64,000 nucleotides of DNA. Source: Raja brachyura. Lineage: Eukaryota. The notes under the pieces were generated by a model. The model was not told the DNA's origin. It worked only from the letters and a program-made list of their open reading frames with translations, and made no database searches. The stretch is from NCBI GenBank assembly GCA_963514005.1, contig OY740792.1:36208001-36272000 (forward strand). Direction: 5' to 3'. Each line of letters begins with the position of its first letter. Positions within the stretch are counted from its first letter, which is position 1. Shown piece after piece: positions 1-12,030 of this stretch. A program made the translations under genes and the position numbers.

Positions 1-7
1 TGCTCAC

Positions 8-412
8 CCAGAGATGTAATCGTCACTGCCTTATCACTGCTGACATATTCTCCGATTAGTTTCCAGTTTTGGTTGAGCACTGCTGTCCATTCCATCACTT
101 TGCAGGAGTACAGTCCTTCGTCTGAAATCCTGGCATCATAAATGCCCAACGTGAAAGTATCGGACCCCACTCTGGCCATCCGGATTTCTCCGTGACCAAC
201 TCGCTCACGGTAGGGTGGAGCAGTAACTTGGACACCATTCTGCTGCATCTCAATTATATCACTCTTCACGTTGTGTTTGTCCATGAACTGCCAAATAACA
301 GAAAGCTGCCCAGGTACTGTGGCCCCTGAACGAACATTGCAGGCAAACTGAAGAACATCTCCTTCCAAAACGTTCGTTGCATTAATGCTGATCTCCACCT
401 TAAGGTCGGCCT
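8..412 (-). CDS. IGSF3/CD101-like (EWI family) gene, coding exon for Ig V-domain 4
   Basis: Manual translation (Q)ADLKVEISINATNVLEGDVLQFACNVRSG...SVIWQFMDK...DEGLYSCKVMEWTA...VTITSL(G). Acceptor ttcacag (AG at 413-414), donor gtgag (GT at 6-7); 405 nt, phase 1-1. Not in the ORF track. Confidence 0.9.
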
Positions 413-1403
413 CTGTGAAGCAAGAGAGAGTTGGTGTTAATGTTGGCAGTCTTTGATGCAATGTATACTTGGTAGAGGAAAAGCAAGATTTAAATCATGT
501 TTACAAGTTGGAGGAGTACAATTAGGCCATTTGGTCCAAAAAATCTACTCCGCCATTCAATAACGACTGTTCTATCTTTCCCTCTCAACCCCATTCTCCT
601 ACCTTTTCCCCATAACCCTTGACACCCTTACTAATCAAGAACCTACCAATCTCCACCTGAAAAATATTAATTGACTTGGCCTCCACAGCCTTATGTTGCA
701 ATGAATTCCATAGATTCACCATCCTCTGACTAAAGAAGTTCCTCCTCATCTCCTTTCTAAAGGTACGTATTTTTATTCTGAAGCTATGGCCTCTGGTCCT
801 AGACTCTCCCAGAGTGGAAACAACCTCTCCACATCCAGGCCTTTCACTATTCCATCTGAGGAAGGGTCTCGATCCAAAACATCATCTATTCCTTTACTCC
901 AGAGATGCTGCCTGACCCTCTGAGTTACTCCAGCATTTGTATTTATCTTTTGAATTGATAATGTTAGATAACATAATGACGAATAATAATAATGTTTTGT
1001 GGTGAAAACAAAACTACAGAAAACACTGTAGTAACTCAACGCAGCATCTCTGGAGAACATGGATAGGGTTGGGACATTTCTTCATACTGAACTTGCCTTA
1101 CCAGTGATACATTATCATACATCCATCCTACTAAAAAGCCAACTATTTTAGTCTTGATACAAGGAACTACAGATTCTGGATTCCAGGCCAAAAAATACAT
1201 AAAATTACTCCTAACTGGGCTAGGAATGAAGTGAATCCAATTCCAAAGCTTTTTCAGTCCACTCCCACCTCCACTTCATCCATGCATCAGCTGCGATTGC
1301 AATATCGCGGAGTGCACAACACTGATCTGGTTTTTATTGCCCAAGATTAATGCTTCATCCACCCTTTTCAATATTGTGGCTGAGCCGAGATTTTCTTACA
1401 ATC

Positions 1404-1755
1404 AAAATGTACTACTTTATCTATCAATGTATCATAGACATTAACAATGCACAATTTTATCTATTGCAATATTATAAGCACTAATAATGCATTAACTTCA
1501 TTGATTAATCGTAAACACTAGACATATACTATTTTATCTTTTACTGTATTGTAAATACTACAAAATGTATTTTATCTATTACTGTAACATAAACTACAAA
1601 GGTATCTTATCTATTACAATATCATAAACACTACAAAATGCATTGTTTTCTCTATTACTGCATTGTAAACTGCAAAACGTTATCTAATGCTGTATCAAAA
1701 ACACGACCAAATTGCATTATTTTTCCTGTTACTTTATCTTAATCGCGACAAAAAT
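1404..1755. repeat. Degenerate AT-rich minisatellite, about 9 units of ~35-42 bp
   Basis: Recurring unit like aaaatgcattattttatctattactgtatcataaacactac. Confidence 0.65.
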
Positions 1756-1785
1756 AAGAAAGCTGTTCAAGTCCGTGTTCCTTAC

Positions 1786-2166
1786 GTGGCCTTTGCACGG
1801 TGATTACAATCTCCTCGGACCTGTTGGATGAGAACGCTCCCATTGTAACTTTCTCACTCTCCTCCACCTGGCAGTGATATCTCCCTCCGTCCTCCATTGT
1901 AATCTGGTACAGTTTCAGAACGTATTCCTTGTCGTCTTTCTTCCTGACAGCCAACTTTCCCAAATTCTCCCTCGCTCCGTATTCACCGTGGAAGGACAGG
2001 ACCGCACTGGGTTCCATACGGACTATCTCATCATTGTTCAGGAGCCAGACCACCGTGAAGAATCGCTCAGCAGGATTCTGAGCTTCCACCATGCAGGTAA
2101 TCTCCAGTGAGCCGCCTACATTAATATTCACTTCCTTGGCTTTAATAAGAGAACAAAACTCCTTAC
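1786..2166 (-). CDS. IGSF3/CD101-like gene, coding exon for Ig V-domain 3
   Basis: ORF 1739..2131 (LEITC..VVWLL..EDGGRYHCQVEE). Acceptor tttgcag (AG at 2167-2168), donor gtaag (GT at 1784-1785); 381 nt, phase 1-1. Confidence 0.92.
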
Positions 2167-2256
2167 CTGCAAATAAACCAAGCGCCGGTTAGTGTATTGT
2201 GTTTTGCTAGAAGGTTTAGTTAAGTTTAATTTTAGTTTAGTTTAAATTTTAGTTTA

Positions 2257-3625
2257 GTCACAATGTGCTTTAAAAGGGCATCAATTATATCGGTGCCCAA
2301 GAAGAGCAAGGTGACGTGCCTCAATGACTATCGACCAGTGGCACTAACGTCGGTGGTGATGAAATGATTTGAGAGTTGATCATGGCGCAAATCAACTCCT
2401 ACCTCGACAAAAGCCTGGACCCACTGCAGTTCGCTTACCGCCACAACAGATCAATGGTGGATGCGATCCCGCTGGCTCGCCACTCCGCTCTGGACCACTT
2501 GGACACCAAAAACTCATATGTCAGACTGTTATTCATCGACTACAGCTCAGCATTTAATACTATCATCCCCTCCAAGCTGGTTACCAATCTCTCAGAACTG
2601 GGTCTCTGTGCATCCCTCTGCAATTGGATCCTCAACTTCCTCATTCACAGGCCACAGTCTGTCTGTATTGGTGGAAATGTGTCGGCCTTGATAACAATCG
2701 GCATGGGAGCTCCTCAAGGCTGCATGCTCAACCCCCTGCTGTACTCACTCTATACTCATGACTGCGTAGCTGGTCATAGTGGGAACTCCATCATCAAGCT
2801 CACTGATGACACCACTGTTGTGTGACGTATCACTGATGGAGATGAGTCAGAATATAGAAGTGAGATCGACCACTTGACCAAATGGTGCCAGCACAATAAC
2901 CTGGCCCTCAACACCAGCAAAACCAAGGAACTGATTGTGGACTTTGGAAAGAGTAGGATGAGGACCCACAGTCCCGTTTATATCAACGGGTCGAAGGTGG
3001 AGAGGGTCAAGAGCTTCAAATTCCTGGCCATGCATATCTCTGAAGATCTCTCCTGGTCCAAGAACACTGATGCAATTATAAAGAAAGCACATCAGCGCCT
3101 CTACTTCCTGAGAAGATTACGTAGAGTTGGTAAATCAAGGAGGACTCTCTCGAACTTCTACAGGTGCACAGTAGAGAGCATGCTGACCGGTTGCATCGTG
3201 GCTTGGTTCGGCAGCTTGAGCACCCAGGAGCGGAAAGAAATGTTGTAAACACTGGCCAAACATCACTGGTCAATCATCGGCTCTGACCACCTGACCATCG
3301 AGGGAATCTACCATAGTTGCTGCCTCAAAGAGGCTGCCAGCATCAAGGATCCACACCATCCTGGACACTCACTCATCTCCCCGCTGCCTTCGGCTAGAAG
3401 GTACAGGAGCCTGAAATCTGCAACATCTAGGTTCAGGAATAGCTACTTCCCCACAGCCATCAGGCTATTAAACTCAGCTCGGACAAAACTCTGAATATTA
3501 ATAGCCCATTGCACTTTATCTGATTATTTATGTATTCAATTGTATATGGTCACACTGATCTGTTCCGATTTTATTTATGCCTACTTATTCTGTTGTGCTG
3601 AAGCAAAGCAAGAATGTCATTGTCC
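2257..3625 (+). mobile_element. Rex1/Babar-type LINE, 5'-truncated and decayed RT
   Basis: LDPLQFAYR, DYSSAFNTI, GAPQGC, YSLYTHDC, KLTDDTTVV*, WCQHNNLALNTSKTKELIVDF; in-frame stops. Confidence 0.85.
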
Positions 3626-5920
3626 TTCTTATCAAAATTTCAAGATCACCTGCAGCTCATTATTGGTGGTTATTCAAACCGAGCCAATGTAGCAGATATA
3701 AAATGTATTTTTGAATGAAATAGCCTGGATAGAGTGGACGTGGAGAGGATGTTTCTATAAGTGGGGGAGTCTCGGACCAGAGGCCATAGTCTCAGAGTAA
3801 AAGGACGTACCTTTGGAAAGGAGATGAGGAGGATTTTATTTTAGTCAGTGGGTGGTGAATCTGTGCAATGTGGCTGTGGAGGCCATCAATGCACATTTTT
3901 AAAGCAGAGATTGACACATTCTTGATTGGTAAGGGAATCGGAGGTTATGGGGAGAAGGCAGAAGAATGGGGTTGAGAGGGAAAGACAGATCAGCCATGGC
4001 GGAGTAGATTTGATGGGACGAATGGCCTAATTCTGCTCTTATGAAATATTATAGTATTTTAAAATTTCAGTATGCGCCCTCTGTGTATGTTGAAATCATG
4101 AGGGGAATAAATAGGACAGGTACACAGAGTCTTTCACCCAGGGTAGGGGAACCATGAACTAGAGGTCATAGATTTAAGGTGAAAGTCAGGGGAGAGGGAA
4201 ACTGAAGGAATGAGGAGTTAAAGAACAAAAGACTGAAAAGGTATGAAAAGTACAAATCAAGGACAGCAAGATGATCAAGGAAAGGTGGAGCCCACAATGG
4301 TCCATTGTTGGCGGTGAAAGAGGTGGATAATGAAGGAATACGAACAGTGAAACTGGTGGGAGAACTAGGGTGGAGGAGAGACGGGGAAGAGAGGGAATGC
4401 AAGGGTTACTTACAATTAGAGAAATCATAATTCATACCGCTGGGTTGTAAGCTGCCCAAGCAAAATATGAGGTGCCGTTCCTCCAATTAGAGTGTGGCCA
4501 CATTCTGACAGCGGAGGAAGCCCAGGACAGAAAGCTCAGTATGGAAATGAGAAGTGGAGTTAAAATGTTTGGCAACCGGGAGATGTTTGCTGTTGACGTT
4601 TGCCGTTGACGTTTGCTGAGGCTTAATAGCAGTGATTCACACTCCATTAATATAACACTGTGTTTTATTAAAGGTCATTGTCTCCAAGTTCAACAGAAAA
4701 GCTACATTTAAACTCGCCTCCACCATAATTAACCTGTCCAATGCTATATTATCCCTTATCACCTCCTGTCACTACTATAATTATTCAGATTACCAGCAGT
4801 TCACTGGTTACTATCCAAAGGAGAAAGTCAACTGTCGGCAAGGGAAAAATAACACATAATGATTAAAGTAACTGAATGGTTGGAATGCCTCTACAGTGTC
4901 AGAGACCCAAGTTCGATCCCGACCTCGGGTGCTGTTTGTATGTGGAGTTTGCACGTTCTCCCTATGACCTTGTGGGTTTTCTCCAGGTACTCTGGTTTTC
5001 TACTACATTCCAAGGTTTGTAGGTTAAATTGCCCCAACTGTTTAGGGAGTGGATGAGAAAGTGGGATAACAAGGAACTGGCGTGAATGGGTGATTGATGG
5101 TCGGATTTGGTGACCCGAAGGGCCTGCATCTCTAAATTAAGCTAAATTGCAATTGCTTCTGGTTGCTGCAATTAGTCTTCACCATCCAAGTCTGCACAAC
5201 CTCTCTGTAACTAAACCCCCTAATCCAGGTATCGTCCTTGTAAACCTCATCTGCACCCTTTTCAAAGTCTCCACATCCTTCCTGAAATGAGGCGACCAGA
5301 ATTGCCCACAATACCCCAAATACAGCCTAACCAAAGCCTTATAATGTAACAGAAAGGTACTACAAATATTGGTTTATACCAAAGATAGACGCAAAATGTT
5401 AGATTAACTCAGCACGTCAGGCAGCATCTCTGGAGAACTTGGATAGGTGATGCTTCGGGTCAGGACCCTTCTTCAGACTGTTTTTTGGAGGGGATGGGGG
5501 GGGGGGGGGGCAGGTGGTTGGAGACAAACTGCAAGAGAGAAGAGGGGGCAGAACAAATCATGCCCGGCAATAGATTATCACAGGCGATGGGTTTCCTTGA
5601 TAGCAAGATTGCCAGACAAAGACTAGGGATCAGAACAGGTGTGAACACAAAAGGGATACATAGATGTGGACTGTGAAGCTAGTTAAAGAGCTTTTGATCT
5701 TATAAGGCAGCATCATGACTTCCTAACTCCTATACTCAATATGCCTTCTTTACCACTCCATCTATTTTTGTTGTTACTTTCATTCGTGGATTTGTCTCCT
5801 TCTGCATATCAATACCATATTTAAACACCTGCAATATATATATATATTATAATATCGGTGTTTAAATATAGATACTGTACCTTCCTTTTTATACATATAA
5901 TATAAAATATCTATTATATA

Positions 5921-6478
5921 CCAGACCAAGTGGGAACCATTGGGTCCCTGTCACACGGCAGCCTGGTCCCCCAACGCAACCCGTTCCACCAACGCAATAT
6001 TCCACCACTCACCCATAGCCCCCAACTGCACAAGCGCGGCTCATTTGCCCTCATCCCCCAGCAATCCCACCCCCTCCTCTTCACCTTCCCTCTTTTTAAA
6101 CTTAAAAAAAACAATTCCACTTCCCCTGCCCCTGCCCGTTACAACGACTCAGTGTCCTGTAGTTTGTTACATTGTAACGGGCAGGGCCAGCGTGGAATTT
6201 GATTTTTTACAGTGGAAAGTTAAGTGAAAGGCTACATTTTTAAAGTTTAAAATGTGAATAACTTGTAAAATATAACATCAATCTGAACGAAACCTTGACA
6301 CACCACACCACAGGACAATGGTGAGTAAGGTGGTCCAAAAATTGTAGCCCTATTGGTGTACCATTTTGGCATAATTTCAGGATCATGCTCATCACATACA
6401 CGTGCACACACACACAGACAGACACACAGAATCACAGACATGGATACAAACAAGATTAGAGTTTCAGTAATATATATA
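5921..6478 (-). mobile_element. Non-autonomous Helitron
   Basis: 5' end TATATATATTACTGAAACTC (TC-type start variant); 3' GC hairpin (GGGACCC..GGTTCCC) then CTGG followed by T. Confidence 0.75.
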
Positions 6479-7067
6479 CTAGACCAAGTGGGACCTGTTG
6501 GGTTCCCATCACATGGGAGGCCTGGTCCTCCAATGCAAAATTCCACCACTGACCCATAGCCCCGAATTGCGCATGGTTGGCTGATGGGCATCCCTCCTCC
6601 TACCCCTATTGTCCATTCTCCCTCCCCTCCTCTTCACCCTTCCGCTACTTTCCCCTGTCCTCCTCCCCTTCCTCTCATCTCTTCCTCCCTCTCATCTACC
6701 CTCAGTCTCTCCCTCCCTTCCTCTATAACCCCTCTACCCTCCCTACCCCTCTGCTCTCCCTCTATCCCCCTGGTCCCCCACTCCTCACCTCCCCCTTATC
6801 CCACTCCCCCACTGTCCCTCCTCACCTCCCCCACTGCCCTCCTCTCCTTCTATCCAACACTCCCCCCCCCTCCTCTCCCTCTATCCCCTTCCTCATCTCC
6901 CCCCTATCTCACCCACACTCTCCCTCCTCACCTCCAGTCCTTGGCCTGGGTCCTGCTCCTGTCCTTCACCGTGGGCCAGCCCTGGTTGGCGCTCCTCCAA
7001 TCCCGGGTGGCTCCCCCCGGGCTTTCCCTCCCCGCTGGCCCGGAGCAGTAAACCCCCCCCTCCCCCC
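6479..7067 (-). mobile_element. Helitron 3' part with long purine-rich (plus-strand pyrimidine) interior
   Basis: 3' hairpin plus CTAG at 6479-6482; 5' end not recognisable, abuts a CR1 fragment. Confidence 0.65.
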
Positions 7068-7527
7068 AGGATAATTGGGTTAACAGATGATGAGCATTTG
7101 ACAGCACTGGACCTGTACTCACTGGAGTTTAGAAGGATGAGGTGGGGACACCTCATTGAGACTTACTGAATAGTGAAAGGTCTGGATACAGTGAGTGTGG
7201 AGAGGATGTTTCCACTAGTGGGAGAGTCTCGGACCACAGGGCACAGCCTCAGAATAAAGGACGTACCTTCAGAAAGGAGATGAGCTTTAATTGCTTTAGC
7301 CAGAGGGTGGTGAATCTGTAGAATTCTTTGCTACAGATGGCTGTCATTGGGTGTTTTTAAGGTGGGGACTGACAGATTTCTGATTATTATGGGTGTCAGG
7401 GATTATGGGGAGAAGGCAGGAGAATGGGGTTAGGAGGAAGCAATAGATCAGCCATGATTGAATGGCAGAGTATGGCCTCATTCTCCTCTGAGAAATTATG
7501 CACTTATGAACCACCATTACACCTTAC

Positions 7528-7935
7528 CCAGGCTTCTGACATTGACAGTGACGTTTTGTGTCCGCCTTTCAGACAGCTTCTGCCAGGATTTGTCTGGGTC
7601 TTGCATCCACTCCACACTCTGGCAGTGAAACTGCCCCTGCTCGGACCTCTGTAACTTGTGGACGGTGAGCCTGAACGAGGTAGCACCCATCTTGTCCAAT
7701 CTCACGTCTCCCGACTGATGCCTTTGCTTGTACAGCTCTCCTGTGCTCAGGATGAAATCTCGCGTTAGAGAGATGACCTGGACCTCCTGACCTCCCTTCT
7801 CCAGGTACCACGTGACGGCCACATGCGTGTGGTACGGCGTCTGTTTGGATACCTCGCAGACCAGCTCCAGCGAATCGCCTTCCACCTTATTGATGACCTG
7901 GGGCACCAATGTTGCACTCAATGTATCTGGAATAA
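7528..7935 (-). CDS. IGSF3/CD101-like gene, coding exon for Ig V-domain 2 (EWI-motif domain, here EWM)
   Basis: VIPDTLSATL...LELVCEVS...HTHVAVTWY...QGQFHCQSVEWMQDPDKSW. Acceptor ctctag, donor gtaagg; 408 nt, phase 1-1. Confidence 0.93.
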
Positions 7936-8749
7936 CTAGAGAAAGACATGTCTTAGAATCACTTGAAGACATCACACCGCATATATACAAGGCACATACA
8001 GGATCTCAGTAGTTCCCTGATAACTTAATTAGTCATAGCAGCAGAATTAGGCCATTTGACCATCAAATCTACGCTGCCATTCAATCATGTCTGATCTATC
8101 TTTCCCTCTGCAACTACTCTTTCTAGGCTTTCACTATTTGGAAAGTTTCAATGACATCACCTTTCATCGTTCTAAACTCCAGCGAGTGCAGGCCCAGTGC
8201 CGTCAAACCCTCATCATACGTCAAGCCAATTATCCCTGTCCTATTTCCCTTGGCTCAAGACACTGATAGGCCATACGGTGTCTTGCCATGTATAATAGAA
8301 AGTGGATACATTTAAGGCAGAGATAGATAGATTCTTGATTAGTATGGGTGTCAGAGGTTATGGGGAGAAGGCAGGAGAATGGGGTTAGGAGGGAGAGATA
8401 TGAGCCATGATTGAATGGCGGAGTAGACTTGATGGGCCGAATGGCCTAATTCTGCTCCTATCATTTTTGATCTATGACAATCCTAAATTGGATAGGAATG
8501 TTGCTCTTGGGATTCCGAGTGGAAAGTGCTTGTGTGTAGGTGGTACGCAGGAATTAGGCTACGCTTGAATAATTCTGAAGCTCAAATAGTATACCAGTCC
8601 CGTTAACCTTTTCACAAATGCCCTTTAGGAAAAGAAAGCAGCTCACACCAATGTGCGTGATTCTCAGCTTTCCTCAGATGAGTTTCTTTAATCAGTTTCA
8701 AGAAGTGCATAGAGGTTTGGATGTTATGCTACAGTTGCACAATGGCATT

Positions 8750-9057
8750 AGGGCTGCACGGTGGTGCAGCAGTAGAGCTGCTGCCAGACACCGTCAGGGA
8801 TTTTATCCTGACCATGGATGGTGTCTGTGTGGAGTTTGCACGTATTCCCTGTAACCGTGTGGGTCTCCTCCTGGTGCTCTGGTTTCCTCCCACATCCCAA
8901 AGACGTGCAGGTTTGTAGGTTAATTGGCTTCTATATATTGCCCCTAGTGTGTAGGGAGTGGATGCAAAACTGGGATAGCATAGAACAAATGGGTGATCGC
9001 TGGTTGGCATAGACTCGGCGGGCCCAACCAGCATTTCCACGCAGTATCTCTAAACTA
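8750..9057 (+). mobile_element. V-SINE (HE1-type: tRNA-derived head, V core, CR1-like tail), representative copy
   Basis: A/B-box head ggtggtgcagc...; core tgtgtggagtttgcacg...ggtttcctcccacatcccaaagac; tail tatctctaaact. More than 25 further copies in both orientations (e.g. 4870-5145, 10480-10765, 13925-14245, 23878-24200, 38480-38770, 41345-41612, 51285-51590). Confidence 0.85.
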
Positions 9058-9069
9058 ATCACGCAACAC

Positions 9070-9610
9070 GTTGGTGAGGCAGCATATGGATTATATACGG
9101 TGTATATTTTGTTCACCCTGCTGTAGGAGGTATGTCATTGACCTGGAAAGAGAGCAGAGAAGATTTATGAGAATGTTGCCAGGATTTGGCGGCCTGAGTT
9201 ATAGGGAGAGGTTGGGTAGGTTAGGACTTTATTCCTTGGAGTGCAGGAGGATGGGGGGTGGTCTTATAAAGGTGTATAAAATCATGAGGGGAAATAGATA
9301 GTGTGAATACAGGGGATCTTTTACGCAGAGTAGGGGAATCAAGAACCAGGGAACATAGATTTAAGATAAGGGGAGAAAGATTTAATGGGAACCTGAGGGG
9401 CAACTTCTTCACACAGAGGGTGGCGAGTACACGGAACAAGCTGCCGAAGGAGGTAGTTGAGGCAGGTACAAGAACAATATTTAAAAGGCATTTGGGCATG
9501 TATAAGGACAAGATAGGTTGAGAGTGATGTGGGCCAAATGTAGTCGCATCTTGGTCACATGTGCCAGTTGGGCCAAAGGGCCTGTTTCTGTGCTGTATAA
9601 CCCTGTGACT
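9070..9610 (+). mobile_element. CR1 LINE 3' fragment (representative of many)
   Basis: LEREQRRFMRMLPG..LSYRERLGRLGLYSLE; similar fragments at ~490-855, 3720-4045, 7068-7510, 15640-16050, 19455-19965, 58865-59215. Confidence 0.8.
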
Positions 9611-9963
9611 TATGCCTACCTTCTCAGTACAGTCTCACAAATCCCATAGTCATACTTGCTGACAAGAATCTATCTGCACCCTATCTGAACTTCTTGTTGG
9701 ATTTAAAACATTTAATAGAATTACACAATATTGCGATTCGACATACTGGGAGGTTTTGTAATAGAACGTTACAGATTGCTTCATGCTGGAAACCTGAAGA
9801 TAACATTCTGATTGGGGTAAATTGAGATATTGAAATATTGAGTCTGTTTTTCTCTCAACAGGTACTGCCTGACCTGCTGAGTAATACTCCCAATGCGGTC
9901 TAACCGTTATTCCATCCTGCGCTGTGTGACCCGACAGCTGAACAGAAAGTAGAGGTAACCTAC

Positions 9964-10341
9964 CTGTTAACTTTGTGAATGCATTGTAAGATCCCCAATA
10001 TACATCCTCCATGTTGGGGGTGTGACAATCGTAAATGCCTTCATCGCTCTTCCGCAAGTTGGTGATGTGTAGCCGCGAGGAGTTGCTTTTGATTCTCTCC
10101 ACGTAGATCTCCCCAGACGCCACTCTTTGGCTGTACATGGCGTACGTGTAGTCAGGATCATGAGTGCTGATGATCTGAATCTTCCACGTAGGCCTATCCG
10201 GGAGGGTGACAGACCACTCGAAGCTCTGCTCTTGCAACGGCCGTGTTCCCCGCACCTTACACTCAATCGTGACGTGACGCCCTTCGGCCCGAACAAGGGG
10301 CCCTTCTGGTAATATCACCTGCCGTTGAGCGATACACGTCT
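9964..10341 (-). CDS. IGSF3/CD101-like gene, coding exon for Ig V-domain 1 (mature N-terminus QRQV)
   Basis: (E)TCIAQRQVILPEGPLVRAEGRHVTIEC...DEGIYDCHTPN..YWGSYNA, typical of IGSF2/3/8 domain 1. Acceptor ttacag, donor gtagg; 378 nt, phase 1-1. Confidence 0.93.
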
Positions 10342-11125
10342 CTGTAACCAGAAATAAATAGGTGAGGAACTACAGCTGCATGCTTTCTCCATCCCCTCAC
10401 AAAATCATTCCAACACAAGTGGAACTTTATTCTAAAAAAGCAAGACAACAACTTATCCAGAATCCATATAGATACAATTAGTTTAGTTTAGAGATACGGC
10501 ATGGAAACAGGCCCTTCAGCCCAGCGAGTCTGCAATGACCATTGATCACCCGTGCACTAGTTCTATTCTGCACACTAGGGGCAATTTACAGAGGGCCAAT
10601 TAACCTACAAACCCGCACGTCTTCAGGATGTGGAAGGAAACCGGAGCAACCAGAGGATACCCTCAGGGAGAATGTGCGAACTCCACACACAGACAACACC
10701 CAAGGTCAGGATGGAACCAGGATCTCTAGTCTTGTGCGGCAACAGATCTACCGCTGCGCCACTGTTACACTGATGGAATTCTAAAGCAATCCAAAAAAAA
10801 TGCGGAATAAATTTTAAAAAGGCTTATTTTACAACTGATCACTGAATATTTGCCTCGTGTGCTGTGGTATTGGTGAGCAAATCCAACAAAGATAAACCTT
10901 AAAATACACAAAGTGCTGGATTAACTCAACGGGTCAGGTAGCATCTCTGGAGAAAAAGGATAGGTGACGTTTCGAGTCAAGGCCCTTCATTAGACTGAAA
11001 ATAAAGGGGGAGGAACTGGAGGTAGGAAAAGGCCAGAGAAAATCAGGGCCAGTAGCAGATGACCAAGGAAGGGTAGAGCCCATAATGGCCCATTGTTGGC
11101 TGAGGAAGAGACTTCTACATGAACT

Positions 11126-12030
11126 AAGATAGACACAAAAAGCTGAAATAATTCAGCGGGACAGGCAGCATCTCAGGAGAGAAGGAATGGGTGATGTTTC
11201 AGGTCGAGACCCTTCTTCAGACCGGTTAGGGATACGAGAGATATAGATGGTGATGTGGAGAGATAAAGAACAATGAATGAAAGACAAGCAAAAAGTAAAG
11301 TTGATAAAGGAAACAGACCATTGTAAGCAGTTTGTAGGGTGAAAACGAGAAACTAGTGCGACTTGGATGGGGGAGGGATAGAGAGAGATGGAATGCCGGG
11401 GCTACCTGAAGTGAGGTCTGAAGAAGGGTCTCGACCTGAAACGTCACCTATCTCCTTCGCTCCTTAGATGCTGCTGCACCCGTTGAGTTTCTCCAGCTTT
11501 TTGTGCAACCCCCGTGAGAGAAATCAATATGCATACCACTGGGCTGTAAGCTGCCCAAGCGGAATATAAGATGCTGTTCCTCCAATTTGCGTTTAGCCTC
11601 ACTGACAATGGAGGAGACCGAGGACAGAAAGGTCTGTGCAGGAATAGGAAGGCGTATTAAAGTGTCCGGCAACCGGGAGATCAGGTTGGTTCATGCGGGC
11701 TGAGCAAAGGTGTTCCGCGAAACGATCGCCCAGTCTGCGCTTGGTCTCACTGATGTATAAGAGTCCACATCTTGAACAACGGATACAGTAGATGAGGTTG
11801 GAGGAGGTGCAAGTGAACCTCTACCTAACCTGAAAGGCCTGTTGGGGTCCCAGGACAGAGTCGAGGGAGGAGGTATAGCGACAGGTGTTGCATCTTCTGC
11901 AGTTGCAGGGGAAGGTACCTGGGGAGGGAATGGTTTGGTTGAGATGAGTTTACCAGAGAATTGCGGAGGGAACAGCCTCTGCGGAAGGCGGAAAGTGGTG
12001 AAACTGGGAAAATATGGCTAGTGGGAGTAG
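11126..12030 (-). mobile_element. Penelope-like element 3' fragment with GIY-YIG endonuclease remnant and terminal repeat
   Basis: Minus strand: FTCTSSNLIYCIRCSRCGLLYISETKRRLGDRFAEH ... KRKLEEQHLIFRLGSLQPSG. Related fragments at ~4190-4580, 24570-25170, 50485-50850, 52210-52505, 54585-54975. Confidence 0.85.
11414..11449 (+). ncRNA. Minimal type I hammerhead ribozyme motif (Penelope-associated)
   Basis: aggt-CTGAAGA-A-GGGT ctcg ACCT-GAAAC-GTC-acct: intact core, stem II, palindromic ACGT stem III, GUC triplet, 4-bp stem I. Confidence 0.7.

Noticed and set aside
6577-7074. Pro/Ser/Leu-rich ORFs of 155-165 aa
   Set aside because: Artefact of the pyrimidine-rich low-complexity interior of a Helitron.
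8750-8830. tRNA-like A/B box sequences, many copies
   Set aside because: These are SINE heads followed by the V core and LINE tail, not tRNA genes.
9650-9963. C-terminal extension of ORF 9650..10318
   Set aside because: Read-through into intron and repeat sequence past the donor at 9962-9963.
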